64,000 nucleotides of DNA from positions 3,648,001 through 3,712,000 of the forward strand of contig OZ253564.1 of NCBI GenBank assembly GCA_965262915.1. Direction: 5' to 3'. Source of the stretch: Candidatus Spongiisociaceae bacterium (lineage in GTDB: Bacteria; Actinomycetota; Acidimicrobiia; Spongiisociales; Spongiisociaceae). Of the stretch, positions 28,594 to 38,469 are shown one piece after another. Under the pieces are notes generated by a model that was not told the origin of the DNA, ran no database searches, and worked only from the letters and a program-made list of their open reading frames with translations. The position numbers were made by a program, and so were the translations under genes. Each line of letters starts with the position of its first letter. Position 1 is the stretch's first letter.

Positions 28594-30538
28594 CTAGTAA
28601 CGAAGACCTACGATCCTCTGAACAATCGCCTCTAGCGTCGTACTCCGTTGGTCACGAGCGTGTGCTCTCCGAATCAGTTCACCCAGAACCACGGGATGCT
28701 TCTTGGCCTTACCTCTTGCGATTTGATGCTCGCCGGCGATCTCAGTGAGTAATTCATCGAACACGCCTCCAGAAATCTCGTTTCTGAGGGTCTTTTCAAG
28801 ATTCCCCTCCAAGCAGGCGTGACTATGCCACACCCCCGCAGGCCAATCAGTTTCTGCAGCCCCCACAATACGTAGGAGTAGTCTGTTCGTAGCAATGGAT
28901 CCCTTAGCTGCCGATGCGACACCGTTCTTGTCATTGTCCCATAAGAGGTATGAGCGAATACCTAGACTCTTGAACACAATTGCAGGACGGTCCATGGTCG
29001 CCTTACCCCCGCAAGGGACAACGGTCACTCCTATCGATGCCAGTTCGTATCCCATTGACTCTGCCACACCTAGCAAGGCTGCCCTATCGCTCTCTCCCTC
29101 GACTAGCACCACGACATCCGCCGAAGACTCCTTCGTTCATCCACGGCGTCATTACGGTCTGCATACGGGTGCGTAATGACTGCGGTGTGAACGGCTCACC
29201 ATGGCAACCCAACAGTTCCCAGAGCTCCTTAGCTACTTGCTGCAAGTTGGCGTCGGTAACTAAGGTGATATTGGGCCATCCTGACTTGGAACACTCTTTA
29301 CGTAGGACTCTGATCTGATCAAAGCGATCTAGCCCTACAAAGAGGGGAGAGTGCGTACTATAGATTACCTGAGTCCTATTGTTCTCGCTCGCAAGCGAAC
29401 CCTCTGTCAGTCGCCGCAGCACCGACGCGAAATGTCTCTGTCTGCTCGGATGCTGATACAGTTCGGGTTCCTCGATCGCCAAGACTAGATTCGGAATGAT
29501 TGGATGTGAGGCTGAATCGTCCTTCCCGTATTGTTGTCCTCTCGTAGTCGCAAGATGATGGAGCATAGTGAGAATGAAAGCACGTTGTAGACCATGTCCG
29601 GTTCGCTCTACCGAAGTCTCGTAGCTGTCTTCGGATAGATTTACCTCTACCGTTGGGGTCGGAATCTTAACTTGAACAAGGTCCGACCAATCAAGCGACA
29701 TACTTGCATCAGATACGTATTGCTGAAGTGTCTCGGTGAGCGAACTCTGAAGATGACGTAGTTCAGCCCAACGGTGGGGGTCTAGGATGTGTTGCAATCG
29801 AGTCTGGGCCTCATCCTGGAGAGCCGCTAAGTCTTCACTAACCTGTAACACATTACGCACAACCAAGTCCATAAGCTCGGTGATACAAGAGCCTTTCCCT
29901 TCAACTGCATCCTCGGACGCATCTCGGACCGCCGGTACTTTGATGTAGCGGATATAGCGCTCCAAGTACCCGTGAGCGACTCCCTTGAAACCAAAGAACT
30001 GTCCGTTGTCTCTCATCAACTCACACTCATCAACACGTTCACTCTCCCACTCATCAAGAGCCTCGAGGGCATCATCAGCAGACCTCACCGCGGGAAGTGA
30101 ACTGTACTTTTGGTCCTTTCGTGCCTCCCGATAGGCCGCAAGTACCTGGCCCTTTGGTCCTGCGTTGCGTATGTTATTGAATCTGGGATGTTGTAGATGG
30201 AAACCATGAAACCTTACGTTTGGCGTCGGAGATCCCGAGTCCTCGATCACCTTTGCTACTGTGAGGCGCCTATCGGTAATGTATTTTGAGAAGAGTCTAG
30301 TTTCCTCTCGGGTCAGTTCCGAAAACGTGATAATGATCTCAATAGGCTTGGATGTGTCTTCGTTATAGAAGTCTGCGGTTGTCACCTGTACTGCTGAATC
30401 ATAGAAAAGATCTAGCGCGCTTAGGAACGAGGACTTTCCAGACCCGTTACGCCCTACGAGAGCAGTGAGCGAGTCACAATACAAGGTCTGGTCATGGATT
30501 GATCTGTAGTTCTTAACAAGAACACTCTCGATAATCAT
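28594..30538 (-). pseudogene. OLD-family ATP-dependent endonuclease (ABC ATPase + TOPRIM), single frameshift
   Basis: KNYRS, GRNGSGKS, GHGLQR, IEEPELYQHP, STHSP; VLVEGESD, CGGK and WDND are in another frame after ~29120. Confidence 0.85.
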
Positions 30539-30690
30539 AGTAGATACATGCTAGGTCACATACGCTTCAGTAGTGTCCGGTATCGCTCTAGAAGCATTGC
30601 TTCACCCCTAAGATGGTGTCTTTCTGGGTCCCGACACGGTCAATCTCCTCGCCCAGCCCTTTGATGATCGGTACAGGGCTGCGCGAGTTT

Positions 30691-31701
30691 CTAAGCCTGG
30701 CTTGATGGCCCGGTACCAATTCGCCTGATTACCTCAACCATCGTGCTTGGGGAGTCTGGTTCGTGACCGCTTCGGAGAAAGCCGCTTGACTGTGGGGCGA
30801 AGATGGCTCGTGTCGCCTCAAGGAGTACGGCGTCCTTTGTCTCTTTGTCGTCGGCAGCGCTCACGAAGGTCTCGAAGGTCCGAAGGGCGTTCTGCCGGTG
30901 ACGGTTGACCGTTTGGTTGTGCTTGGAAGACGTGTACTGACGAATCGTGAAGCCGAGCGCGAATGCAAGCAGCGTCAGAGCGGCGAACCGCCCACCAATC
31001 TCACGGACGATCTCGCCGGTCGTCGCAGCTGATGGGATCCTGGCCAACAGGAGCCACCCCACAGCCACGGCTGAGAGGACCCCTAAACCGAACACTGTCC
31101 AGAGCCATCGGCGAGCGGTGGCTGCATCTTCGTTCATCTGGTCCTCAAACACTATTGACTGCTGCCCGACCCCCGCTTCGGCTGCGGCCGCTCAGACGCT
31201 TAGTAGAGCGGCGTCCATCTCCTGACGGATTCGGTCTTGCTCCGCACGGGTGTCGGCGGTGAACTCATCGAGTTCCCGCATTTTGTCGCGAGCTGCGGCG
31301 TCTAACGCATTGAAGTCGGTCTGCTTCACCAGCAGATAGCCGATGTACGCCCCGAACTCGGACATGTGCTGGTCGTAGTCCACTTCGAGTTGGTGAAGCA
31401 AGCTGTCACGCGTTCCCGTTGGATTGGACTGATTTAGGTTGAAGCCTCGAACCTGTTCTAGCCAGTTGAGTGTGACGTCCGCCCTGTGGCTCATTCTCTG
31501 CAGAAACTCCACCGGCAGGATGCGGAAGTCCAAGGAACCAAGGTCCTTGAACAGGGACACCGTCATCTTCAGTACCGGGACACCATCCTCGAAATTCGCG
31601 GTGCCGAGGTCCGGACGGACGAGTTCCTTCGATGTATCAATCCTTGAAAGGGTCTCTAATTGGTTGTCTAGTGTGGTTAACAACTGTTCACGTTGAGACA
31701 T
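30691..31701 (-). pseudogene. Coiled-coil + 2-TM hypothetical protein interrupted by one in-frame TGA
   Basis: ORFs 31192-31701 and 30691-31152 are in the same frame: LLSV*AAAAEAGVGQQSIVFEDQ. Confidence 0.75.
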
Positions 31702-31759
31702 TGGCTCCCAGAACCTGTGCGACTCGCTCGAATCCAGAGCAAGGGTAGTGGTGGCGGGG

Positions 31760-31905
31760 CAAGATCGCGGGAACCCAGAAGTTGACGGCCCAGACAGCCA
31801 CCGACCCGGCCGACCATCCGTCGGTGACCTGTCCCGAGCTTGGGAACTGAGCCGTGGCGTGTCCTGCAGCGTTCACAGCAACGCGTGGTGTCCGGCAGCA
31901 GTATC
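31760..31905 (-). pseudogene. Decayed VapC (PIN) toxin remnant
   Basis: Across frameshifts reads LILLPDT / HALL*TLQDTPRLSSQARD / VAVWAVNFW. Confidence 0.6.
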
Positions 31906-31935
31906 AGCGGCGGTACGCTCTGTCGGGACCCTGCT

Positions 31936-32196
31936 CTACCTTGGCCTCGTGTCGTTCCAATCGTCCGTGGTCAAGGGAACCAGGTCGTCCTCGTCGTGGA
32001 TGACGAGAGAACCCTTGCAAGAACCGACGAGCGGAGACCGTGAGGCCTGGGCTGCGATCGGCACCAGCTTCGCCACTGGATGACCATGTTTGGTGATGAT
32101 CGCCTCGGCGCCGGTCTCCTTCACTTGGTCGATGATCTGCAGGCAGCGGGCCGCGAACTCCGCTACGCCGATAGGCTCGTGCAGGGTGGGGTTCAT
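31936..32196 (-). CDS. Phd/YefM-family antitoxin
   Basis: IGVAEFAARCLQIIDQVKETGAEAIITKHGHPVAKLVP. Confidence 0.88.
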   Translation of the reverse strand: MNPTLHEPIGVAEFAARCLQIIDQVKETGAEAIITKHGHPVAKLVPIAAQASRSPLVGSCKGSLVIHDEDDLVPLTTDDWNDTRPR

Positions 32197-32481
32197 CGGT
32201 GTCTGCCCACCGGGACCGCTAGATGGCGAACGTTGGGACATATTCTCCTCCCGCCCACTTATCTGACTGGTCGCGTCTGGTCATATTCTGCCAGCCTGGT
32301 CGTCACAGGCTGTTGTCTGTCATCTTGGTGACGGACTCTGCAAGCTCGGGTGAGTTGCTGTCCGGCGAAGACCGAGACACGTTTCGAGTCGGCGGTGACG
32401 CCGCTGGTGGCTAGTCGGTGGGTTGGCTAGCGGCCATTGTCAGAGGAGGGCATCTCCTCAGCGGGCATGGCCTTTGGCTAG

Positions 32482-32511
32482 CCACATGATATCATTATTG
32501 ATATCATGTGG
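32482..32511. promoter_or_regulatory. Palindromic operator overlapping the toxin start codon
   Basis: CCACATGATATCA-TTAT-TGATATCATGTGG, perfect 13-bp arms. Confidence 0.75.
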
Positions 32512-32844
32512 TCAGTCGAGGTCGAACCGGAAGTCGAGCAATGGATCGAGTCGCTCTCCGTGAGAGAGTTCGCGACCGTGGTTGCGGCCGTAGAACGACT
32601 GGCCAAGGATGGCAACCGTCTGCGGTTCCCGGCCTCCCGTGCTCTAGGCGACAGACTATTCGAGCTTCGGGTCGGACTCGACCGTGTCGCGCGGCGGATC
32701 ACGTTCTACTTCGCGGACAACCGGCGAATCGTTCTTCTGACAACCTTCCGCAAACAGAGGCAGAACGAGCGAGCCGAAGTCCGAAGGGCTCGCCGGGCGA
32801 TGCGACGGTGCCTAGCTGAAGGACATGCACCCGAGGAGGAGTGA
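32506..32844 (+). CDS. RelE/HigB (Gp49-like) toxin
   Basis: RFPASRALGDRLFELR, RITFYF, IVLLTTFRKQ. Confidence 0.9.
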   Translation: MWSVEVEPEVEQWIESLSVREFATVVAAVERLAKDGNRLRFPASRALGDRLFELRVGLDRVARRITFYFADNRRIVLLTTFRKQRQNERAEVRRARRAMRRCLAEGHAPEEE

Positions 32845-33149
32845 TGCCGCGCCCAACGATTGAAGAGTTACGAGACAGACGGCTCAACACGATGAGCACC
32901 AACGAGCGCGTCGAGTACGAAGAGGCCCTCACCGCGGCTCGCCTGGCTCTGGAGGTGGGGGAAAAGGTCCGCGACGCGCGAGAATCCGCGGGGCTGACAC
33001 AGCGCGACCTTGCCGCACGGATGTCTACGAGCCAGGCGGCGGTTGCCCGCCTCGAGGCTGGCGGCACGAGCGCCACGCTCAAAACTCTCCACAAGGCCGC
33101 AGCAGCTCTCGACATGACGATCACGGTCGCCCTGGTTCGGGCGCACTGA
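32841..33149 (+). CDS. XRE/HigA-type HTH antitoxin
   Basis: ARESAGLTQRDLAARMSTSQAAVARLEAG; overlaps toxin stop. Confidence 0.9.
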   Translation: MMPRPTIEELRDRRLNTMSTNERVEYEEALTAARLALEVGEKVRDARESAGLTQRDLAARMSTSQAAVARLEAGGTSATLKTLHKAAAALDMTITVALVRAH

Positions 33150-33326
33150 CACGAGCGTATGGGGGCTCTTCGCCTTCGACCCGTCGGACTAGACCAAGGC
33201 GATCCGCACCGCGCGCAGGATGGAGTGGGCATCCCGCCTCGTCCTCCCTGCAGGCCGCTCCCAGTTCAGTACAAACGATGGCTCCACCTATATAAGTGAT
33301 CGTTTATACTGCCTCCTGCGTGGGGG

Positions 33327-33677
33327 TTGAGTACACGAACGGAGTTCGGCGAGTGGTGGCACACCTTGGCTGTGGGCCAGCAAGAAGCGCTCACCGACCG
33401 GATCCAGCTATTGGAAGAGCACGGCCCGGCACCTAGGTGTCCGGCGGTAGGCACGCTACGCGACTCGCGTCACGGCAATATGAAGGAGTTGCGCGCACCG
33501 TCGGGCGGCAGGTTGCTGCGGGTGCTGTTCGCGTTTGACCCCAGACTCCAAGCCATCCTTCTGCTCGGAGGGGACAAGACCGGCCAGTGGGAGCGGTGGT
33601 ACGAGTGGGCAATTCCTGCCGCGGACGACCTCTATGACGTGTATCTCAGGGAACTGAGGGACGAAGAACTGATCTAG
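33327..33677 (+). CDS. Second RelE/HigB (Gp49-like) toxin, 5' end possibly damaged
   Basis: SRHGNMKELR, RVLFAFDP..AILLLGGDKTG.W..WY..AIP.AD. Confidence 0.82.
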   Translation: MSTRTEFGEWWHTLAVGQQEALTDRIQLLEEHGPAPRCPAVGTLRDSRHGNMKELRAPSGGRLLRVLFAFDPRLQAILLLGGDKTGQWERWYEWAIPAADDLYDVYLRELRDEELI

Positions 33678-33698
33678 CCAAGTGAGAGCGAACAGGCC

Positions 33699-34044
33699 AT
33701 GCCGAACACCAAGAACTACCGAGAACTACCGAGAACTACACGAACAAGTCATAGCCCGGCCCGGTGCCGCGGAACGTCTCGCGGCACTGCGTCAACAAAC
33801 TCTGGCTGAGATCGGGCTCTACGAGATGCGCAGACATCTCGACTGGTCCCAATCCGGACTCGCCGCGGAACTCGGAATCAGCCAGGCCGCTGTGTCCCAG
33901 CTGGAGAACGCTCAGGATCTGACTCTGTCCCGATTGCGCAAGTACCTGGAACCTCTCGGCGCGCGGCTTCAGCTACAAGCTGTGTTCGAAGACCAAGGAG
34001 AGGAGTACAGCATCCCGATCCGCGTCGGACGGAAAGCTTCCTAG
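33699..34044 (+). pseudogene. XRE antitoxin frameshifted by a 10-bp tandem duplication
   Basis: AGAACTACCG repeated at 33712-33739; removing one unit restores MPNTKNYRELHEQ; HTH SQSGLAAELGISQAAVSQLE. Confidence 0.7.
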
Positions 34045-34359
34045 ATCCCCCACCGAACTGGTGAGTCGCTGTTTGCTGGCCGGCCAGAGGGAGACATCCA
34101 GCCCGGGTCGCAGATCATCGCGGCCCGCTCGGTGTGCCTGGAGTCAGGCGCTCGAAGGCAGGGGGTTACGGAACCCACCGCCACGAGGCGATCTTGCGGA
34201 TCGATACCAGCCACCCCGGCTGGCTGGCTGAGGGAATCCTTGGTTGCTGTCGGTAGAGGTGCTACGCCGGACGCGCGGTGGGCAGCCGGCGTTGTATGTG
34301 TCGGAGTTCTCTGATCTGATCTGGTAGGGGTCGAGGCGAGGGGGTGTCCGGGCGTGTCC

Positions 34360-35709
34360 TTACCGGTCGAGGAGCCCTGCGTATTCGTCTGGTACCACCA
34401 TCCTGTCGATGCAGGTGAAGAAGCTCTCCGTAGCCTTAGCCAGCACTTCCTCCTCGTCGAAGATCAGGAACTGGCGCCCCTCCATCACCACGGTTCCGTC
34501 CACGATGGTGGTGTCGACCGCTGCGCTCTCGGTGCTGTAGACCAGGTGCGACATCAGGTGGGTCTTGTTGCCCGGCACCCAGGGGGTGAAGTGGTGGTTC
34601 TGCAGGTTGATGAGGATCACGTCCGCCACTTTGCCGACGCTCAACTCGCCCGTCTCGTGCCCGAGTGCCCGGGAGCCGTTCCTGGTCGCCATTCGCAGGA
34701 TTCCGGGTGCCTGCAGGATCGACGCGTCCCTGCGCTCGGCCCGATGCACCAGGGAGGCCCATTTCATCACCTGGAACAGGTCGCAGCTGTTGGTGCCTTC
34801 CGCCGAGTCGTGTCCGAGGCCGACGTTCAGTCCCGCTTCGAGCATCTCGGGCAACCGGGCGATGCCGTTGCCCAACTTGGCGTTGGAGGTCGGGTTGTGG
34901 GAGATGTGAGTTCCCGTCTCCCTCATCAGACCTATCTCCCGGTCGGACAGGTGAACGCAGTGGGCGGCCACGCAGTCGGGACCGAGTATCCCCGCGTCGT
35001 AGGCCACCTCGCTGGGCCGTCGGCCGCCGAAGGTCTGCATGGAGATCTCGACCTCGCCGAGGGACTCGTTGAGGTGGATGTGGATGCCGGTTCCCAACTC
35101 GTCGGCCAGCGCTCTGCAGTCGACCAGCAGGGCTTCGGAAGCGAGGGGCAGCCACTCTATACCCAGATAGACCTCCACCCTGCCGTCGCCCATCCCATGG
35201 CATTGGTGGTAGGCCGCCTCGTTGTCCTCGAGAACATCGATGCCGTGCTCCGGATCAGCAACCACGTTGGAGAGCACCACCCGCATTCCGCTGTCGACCG
35301 CGGCGCGAGCCAGGCCTGAGAGCCGGCGGAACATGTCGTTGGCTGTGGTCACCCCCGCCTTCAGCGACTCGCTGTAGCTGGCCATGGCCGCCCAGTAGGC
35401 CTCCTCGGGGTTGATGGACCGGATCATGGGGTACCAGAACGCCTGCAGGATCTCCCAGAGATCCAGATGGTCGCAGTATCCCTTTCCGATGGCGGTGTGG
35501 TAGTGGAGGTCGACGAAGCCCGGCAGGGCTGCCTTGCCACCGGCGTCGATCACTTTCGCATTCGTGCGGTCGAATCCGGAGGTCACTTCGGAACTTCCGA
35601 CCGCGACGATCCGGTTGCCTTCGATCACCATCGACCCGTCGAATACGACATCGTTGTTGTCGTTCATGGTCACGATGGCGGCGTTCTCGATGATGATCCG
35701 ATCAGCCAC
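34360..35709 (-). CDS. Amidohydrolase (MTA/SAH-deaminase / chlorohydrolase-like)
   Basis: PGFVDLHYH, HIHLNE, AHCVHL, SNAKLGNG, GHD. Confidence 0.92.
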   Translation of the reverse strand: MADRIIIENAAIVTMNDNNDVVFDGSMVIEGNRIVAVGSSEVTSGFDRTNAKVIDAGGKAALPGFVDLHYHTAIGKGYCDHLDLWEILQAFWYPMIRSINPEEAYWAAMASYSESLKAGVTTANDMFRRLSGLARAAVDSGMRVVLSNVVADPEHGIDVLEDNEAAYHQCHGMGDGRVEVYLGIEWLPLASEALLVDCRALADELGTGIHIHLNESLGEVEISMQTFGGRRPSEVAYDAGILGPDCVAAHCVHLSDREIGLMRETGTHISHNPTSNAKLGNGIARLPEMLEAGLNVGLGHDSAEGTNSCDLFQVMKWASLVHRAERRDASILQAPGILRMATRNGSRALGHETGELSVGKVADVILINLQNHHFTPWVPGNKTHLMSHLVYSTESAAVDTTIVDGTVVMEGRQFLIFDEEEVLAKATESFFTCIDRMVVPDEYAGLLDR

Positions 35710-35795
35710 TTTCGCCTCGCTTTCGCTACTCGGATTCTCGGCCTGCAAGATACCCGGCGGCCCGGCGCAACTGCCAGGCGTCCACCCCCTCGGGT

Positions 35796-37352
35796 CTACC
35801 GCCGCATGGTACGGGCTGTCGGCCCCAGTTGCTCGGGGAGCACGGCGTAGGCATCCTCAATCCACTGGCACAGGATCGGTCTCGTCTGGCGGGGATCGAT
35901 TATCTCAGGAACCCCGAAGGCTTCCGCCGTCCGGAAAGGTGACGACAGCTCATCGTATTGCGCCTCCAACCGGGCAAGCCGTTCCCCGGCCTCGTGGGCC
36001 GGCAAAGCGTCGAGTTCCCGGCGGAAGGCGGCTCTCACCCCTCCCTGGATCGGGATCGAACCCCATCGGGCGGAAGGCCATGCGTAGTGCAGGTTCACGC
36101 CCTGCAGCCGCCCGTAGCTGGTACCGGCCAGACCGAAGAGCCGCCGGATGATCATGCCGCACCACGGAACCCGCGACTGCTCGATAGCCGAAATAAGCCG
36201 GATGGTGCCTCGCACCGCTCCTTCACGTTCGGCTTCCAGCCCGATCACGGTGCCGGGTTGGTCCACGAAGTTGACGATCGGGATGTGGAACGTGTCGCAC
36301 AGATCCACGAATGTCTCGACCTTCTCCGCGGCAGCACGGGTCAGACCACCCCCGAACCGGTAGGGATCGTTGGCGATCACCCCGACCGGATAGCCGTTGA
36401 GGCGGGCCAGCATCGTGATCGACGACGGCCCGTAGGCGGGAGCGATCTCGAAGAGCGAGTCATGGTCGAAGACCAGTGAGAGGAGCCGGCGCGAGTTGTA
36501 GACCCGCCGCTGGTTACGGGGGATGATCGCGGCCAGCCCCTCCTCGGCCCGGTCGGGCCTGTCGTCGCCGGGTAGGCGGGGCGGTATCTCGAAAACACTC
36601 TGGGGCAGATACGACAGGAACTCCTGCGCCTGCTCTATTGCCTCTTCCTCCGAGTCGGCCGCATTGTCGATGACCCCGCTCTGCTCGGTGTGGATGTGGG
36701 CGCCTCCGAGTTCCTCCTTGTCGATGTCCCGGCCCAGGGCCACGCGAGCCACCGGAGGGCCGGCCGCGAATACCTGGCTGGTTCCGCGGACCATCACCGA
36801 GAAGTGGCTGCTCGCGGCCTTCATACCACCGAGGCCGGCCGCCGGTCCCAGCACCAGAGCCACCACGGGTACGTAGCCGAGCATCCCGGCGAGGGGCCAC
36901 ATGCGGTACCCGGGAATCTTGGTTCGGCCCGTCTTCTCGAGTAGTCGGACGCTTCCCCCGACGTTCTCGACCAGACGGATCATCGGCATCCGCATCTCCA
37001 GCGCGTACCGGTTGATGAACTCCCACTTCTCCGATATCTGGGCTTCGGTGGAACCGCCCCTGATGGTGTAGTCGTCGGCTTCCACGGCTACTCGGCGACC
37101 CCGGACCCGACCAGTGCCGATGATGGTGTTGGCCGGCCTAACCTCCACAAGACCGCCTTCGGCATCGTAGGTTGCGGTTCCGGTGAAGGTTCCGATCTCC
37201 CTCCAGGTGCCCTCGTCGAGCAGCAGGCTGAGCCTCTCCCTGGCGGTGAGCCGACCTGCTCCGTGCTGGCGAGCGACGGACTCCTCCCCTCCCATCGAGA
37301 GCGCGAACGCCCTTCGGCGCTCCATCTCCTCGATCTCGGGGTCCCAGATCAA
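35796..37352 (-). CDS. Acyl-CoA carboxyltransferase (PccB-like)
   Basis: GRLTARER, TIRGGS, AGPPV, EELGGA.IH, FVDQPG, IIDPRQTR. Confidence 0.93.
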   Translation of the reverse strand: MIWDPEIEEMERRRAFALSMGGEESVARQHGAGRLTARERLSLLLDEGTWREIGTFTGTATYDAEGGLVEVRPANTIIGTGRVRGRRVAVEADDYTIRGGSTEAQISEKWEFINRYALEMRMPMIRLVENVGGSVRLLEKTGRTKIPGYRMWPLAGMLGYVPVVALVLGPAAGLGGMKAASSHFSVMVRGTSQVFAAGPPVARVALGRDIDKEELGGAHIHTEQSGVIDNAADSEEEAIEQAQEFLSYLPQSVFEIPPRLPGDDRPDRAEEGLAAIIPRNQRRVYNSRRLLSLVFDHDSLFEIAPAYGPSSITMLARLNGYPVGVIANDPYRFGGGLTRAAAEKVETFVDLCDTFHIPIVNFVDQPGTVIGLEAEREGAVRGTIRLISAIEQSRVPWCGMIIRRLFGLAGTSYGRLQGVNLHYAWPSARWGSIPIQGGVRAAFRRELDALPAHEAGERLARLEAQYDELSSPFRTAEAFGVPEIIDPRQTRPILCQWIEDAYAVLPEQLGPTARTMRR

Positions 37353-38254
37353 TTCGCCTCCGTCCCGGTCCCGACCCTAATCAGATCGGGAATGTCCTCC
37401 ACGCGCTCCGCTATCAGCGCACCGGCAGCCGCCAGGGTTTCGCGTTTCACCACCGCGCGGTCGGTATCGCGCTGCACCATCGCCGATACATGACCGAAGG
37501 AGGATCCGGCCGGGTAGGCGTCCTGGAACTCGCCCACGATCATCGCCACCACCGGTTTGGTCACCTCGCCGCGCTCCATAGCGGCGGTCAGACCGATCTC
37601 ATGCTCCGATCCGGGCTCGCCGAACACCACGATGCTGTGGGTGGTGTCGTCTGCCTCGAACCAGCGGGCGTACTCGGCCATGGTCCTTCCGGTGATCGCC
37701 TCCCCTCCCATCGCGACGCAGGTTGAAATGCCGCTTCCTGCCCTTGCCAGCACTAGGGCGATTTCTGCGGACATGCCTCCTGAACGGGAGCAGACACCCA
37801 CGCTTCCCGGCCGGAACATGTCACCGGGCCTGGGCCCACCGATGCCTCCCAGCTTCGTCTTACCAGGGGAGATGATGCCGTTGGTATTGAACCCGATCAG
37901 GACCGAACCGGCGTTCCGGGCGGCGAGGGCCGCCCTCCAGGCGTCTTGACGAGGAAGGTTCTCGGCGATGGCCACGATCGGCGAGAGCCCGGAGGAAGCC
38001 GCCTCGACCACGGCGCCCGCCGCGTAGCGGGCCGGCACGTACTGAACGGCTGCGTCGGCCCCGGTCACCTCGACAGCTTCGGCCACCGTGTCGAAGACCG
38101 GAACCCCCGATACCGACTGGCCACCCCGTCCGGGTGTCACGCCGGCCACGATCCGTGACCCGTAGTCCAGGCAGATCCGGGTGTCCAGCCGTCCCACCGA
38201 GCCGGTTATGCCCTGAACCAGAATACGGGTCCGCTCGTCGACCAGAATGCTCAC
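37349..38254 (-). CDS. Succinyl-CoA synthetase alpha-like subunit
   Basis: LVQGITG, GVTPGRGG, SRSGGM, FGEPG, phospho-His in FGH. Confidence 0.9.
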   Translation of the reverse strand: MSILVDERTRILVQGITGSVGRLDTRICLDYGSRIVAGVTPGRGGQSVSGVPVFDTVAEAVEVTGADAAVQYVPARYAAGAVVEAASSGLSPIVAIAENLPRQDAWRAALAARNAGSVLIGFNTNGIISPGKTKLGGIGGPRPGDMFRPGSVGVCSRSGGMSAEIALVLARAGSGISTCVAMGGEAITGRTMAEYARWFEADDTTHSIVVFGEPGSEHEIGLTAAMERGEVTKPVVAMIVGEFQDAYPAGSSFGHVSAMVQRDTDRAVVKRETLAAAGALIAERVEDIPDLIRVGTGTEAN

Positions 38255-38469
38255 CGGCGGCGTTCGATCCGCACGAGCGTATCACCGGCGTCGATAACGT
38301 CGCCCTCCGCCACCGGGATGTCCACCACTACTCCGGCCGCCGGTGCTAGGACCGGGATCTCCATCTTCATCGACTCGAGGATGAGCAGTTGCTCTCCGGG
38401 TTGCACCACTTCACCTTCGGTAACCGTGATCCTCCAGACGATCGACGCCATATCGGCGGTGACTCTCAC
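38251..38469 (-). CDS. Stand-alone biotin carboxyl carrier protein
   Basis: LESMKMEIPV biotinylation motif; overlaps both neighbours by 4 bp. Confidence 0.9.
   Translation of the reverse strand: MRVTADMASIVWRITVTEGEVVQPGEQLLILESMKMEIPVLAPAAGVVVDIPVAEGDVIDAGDTLVRIERRR

Noticed and set aside
28594-30538. Gabija or retron system
   Set aside because: No GajB helicase or reverse transcriptase next to the OLD gene
31192-31194. In-frame TGA as selenocysteine
   Set aside because: Coiled-coil context with no redox motif or evident SECIS; a nonsense mutation is simpler
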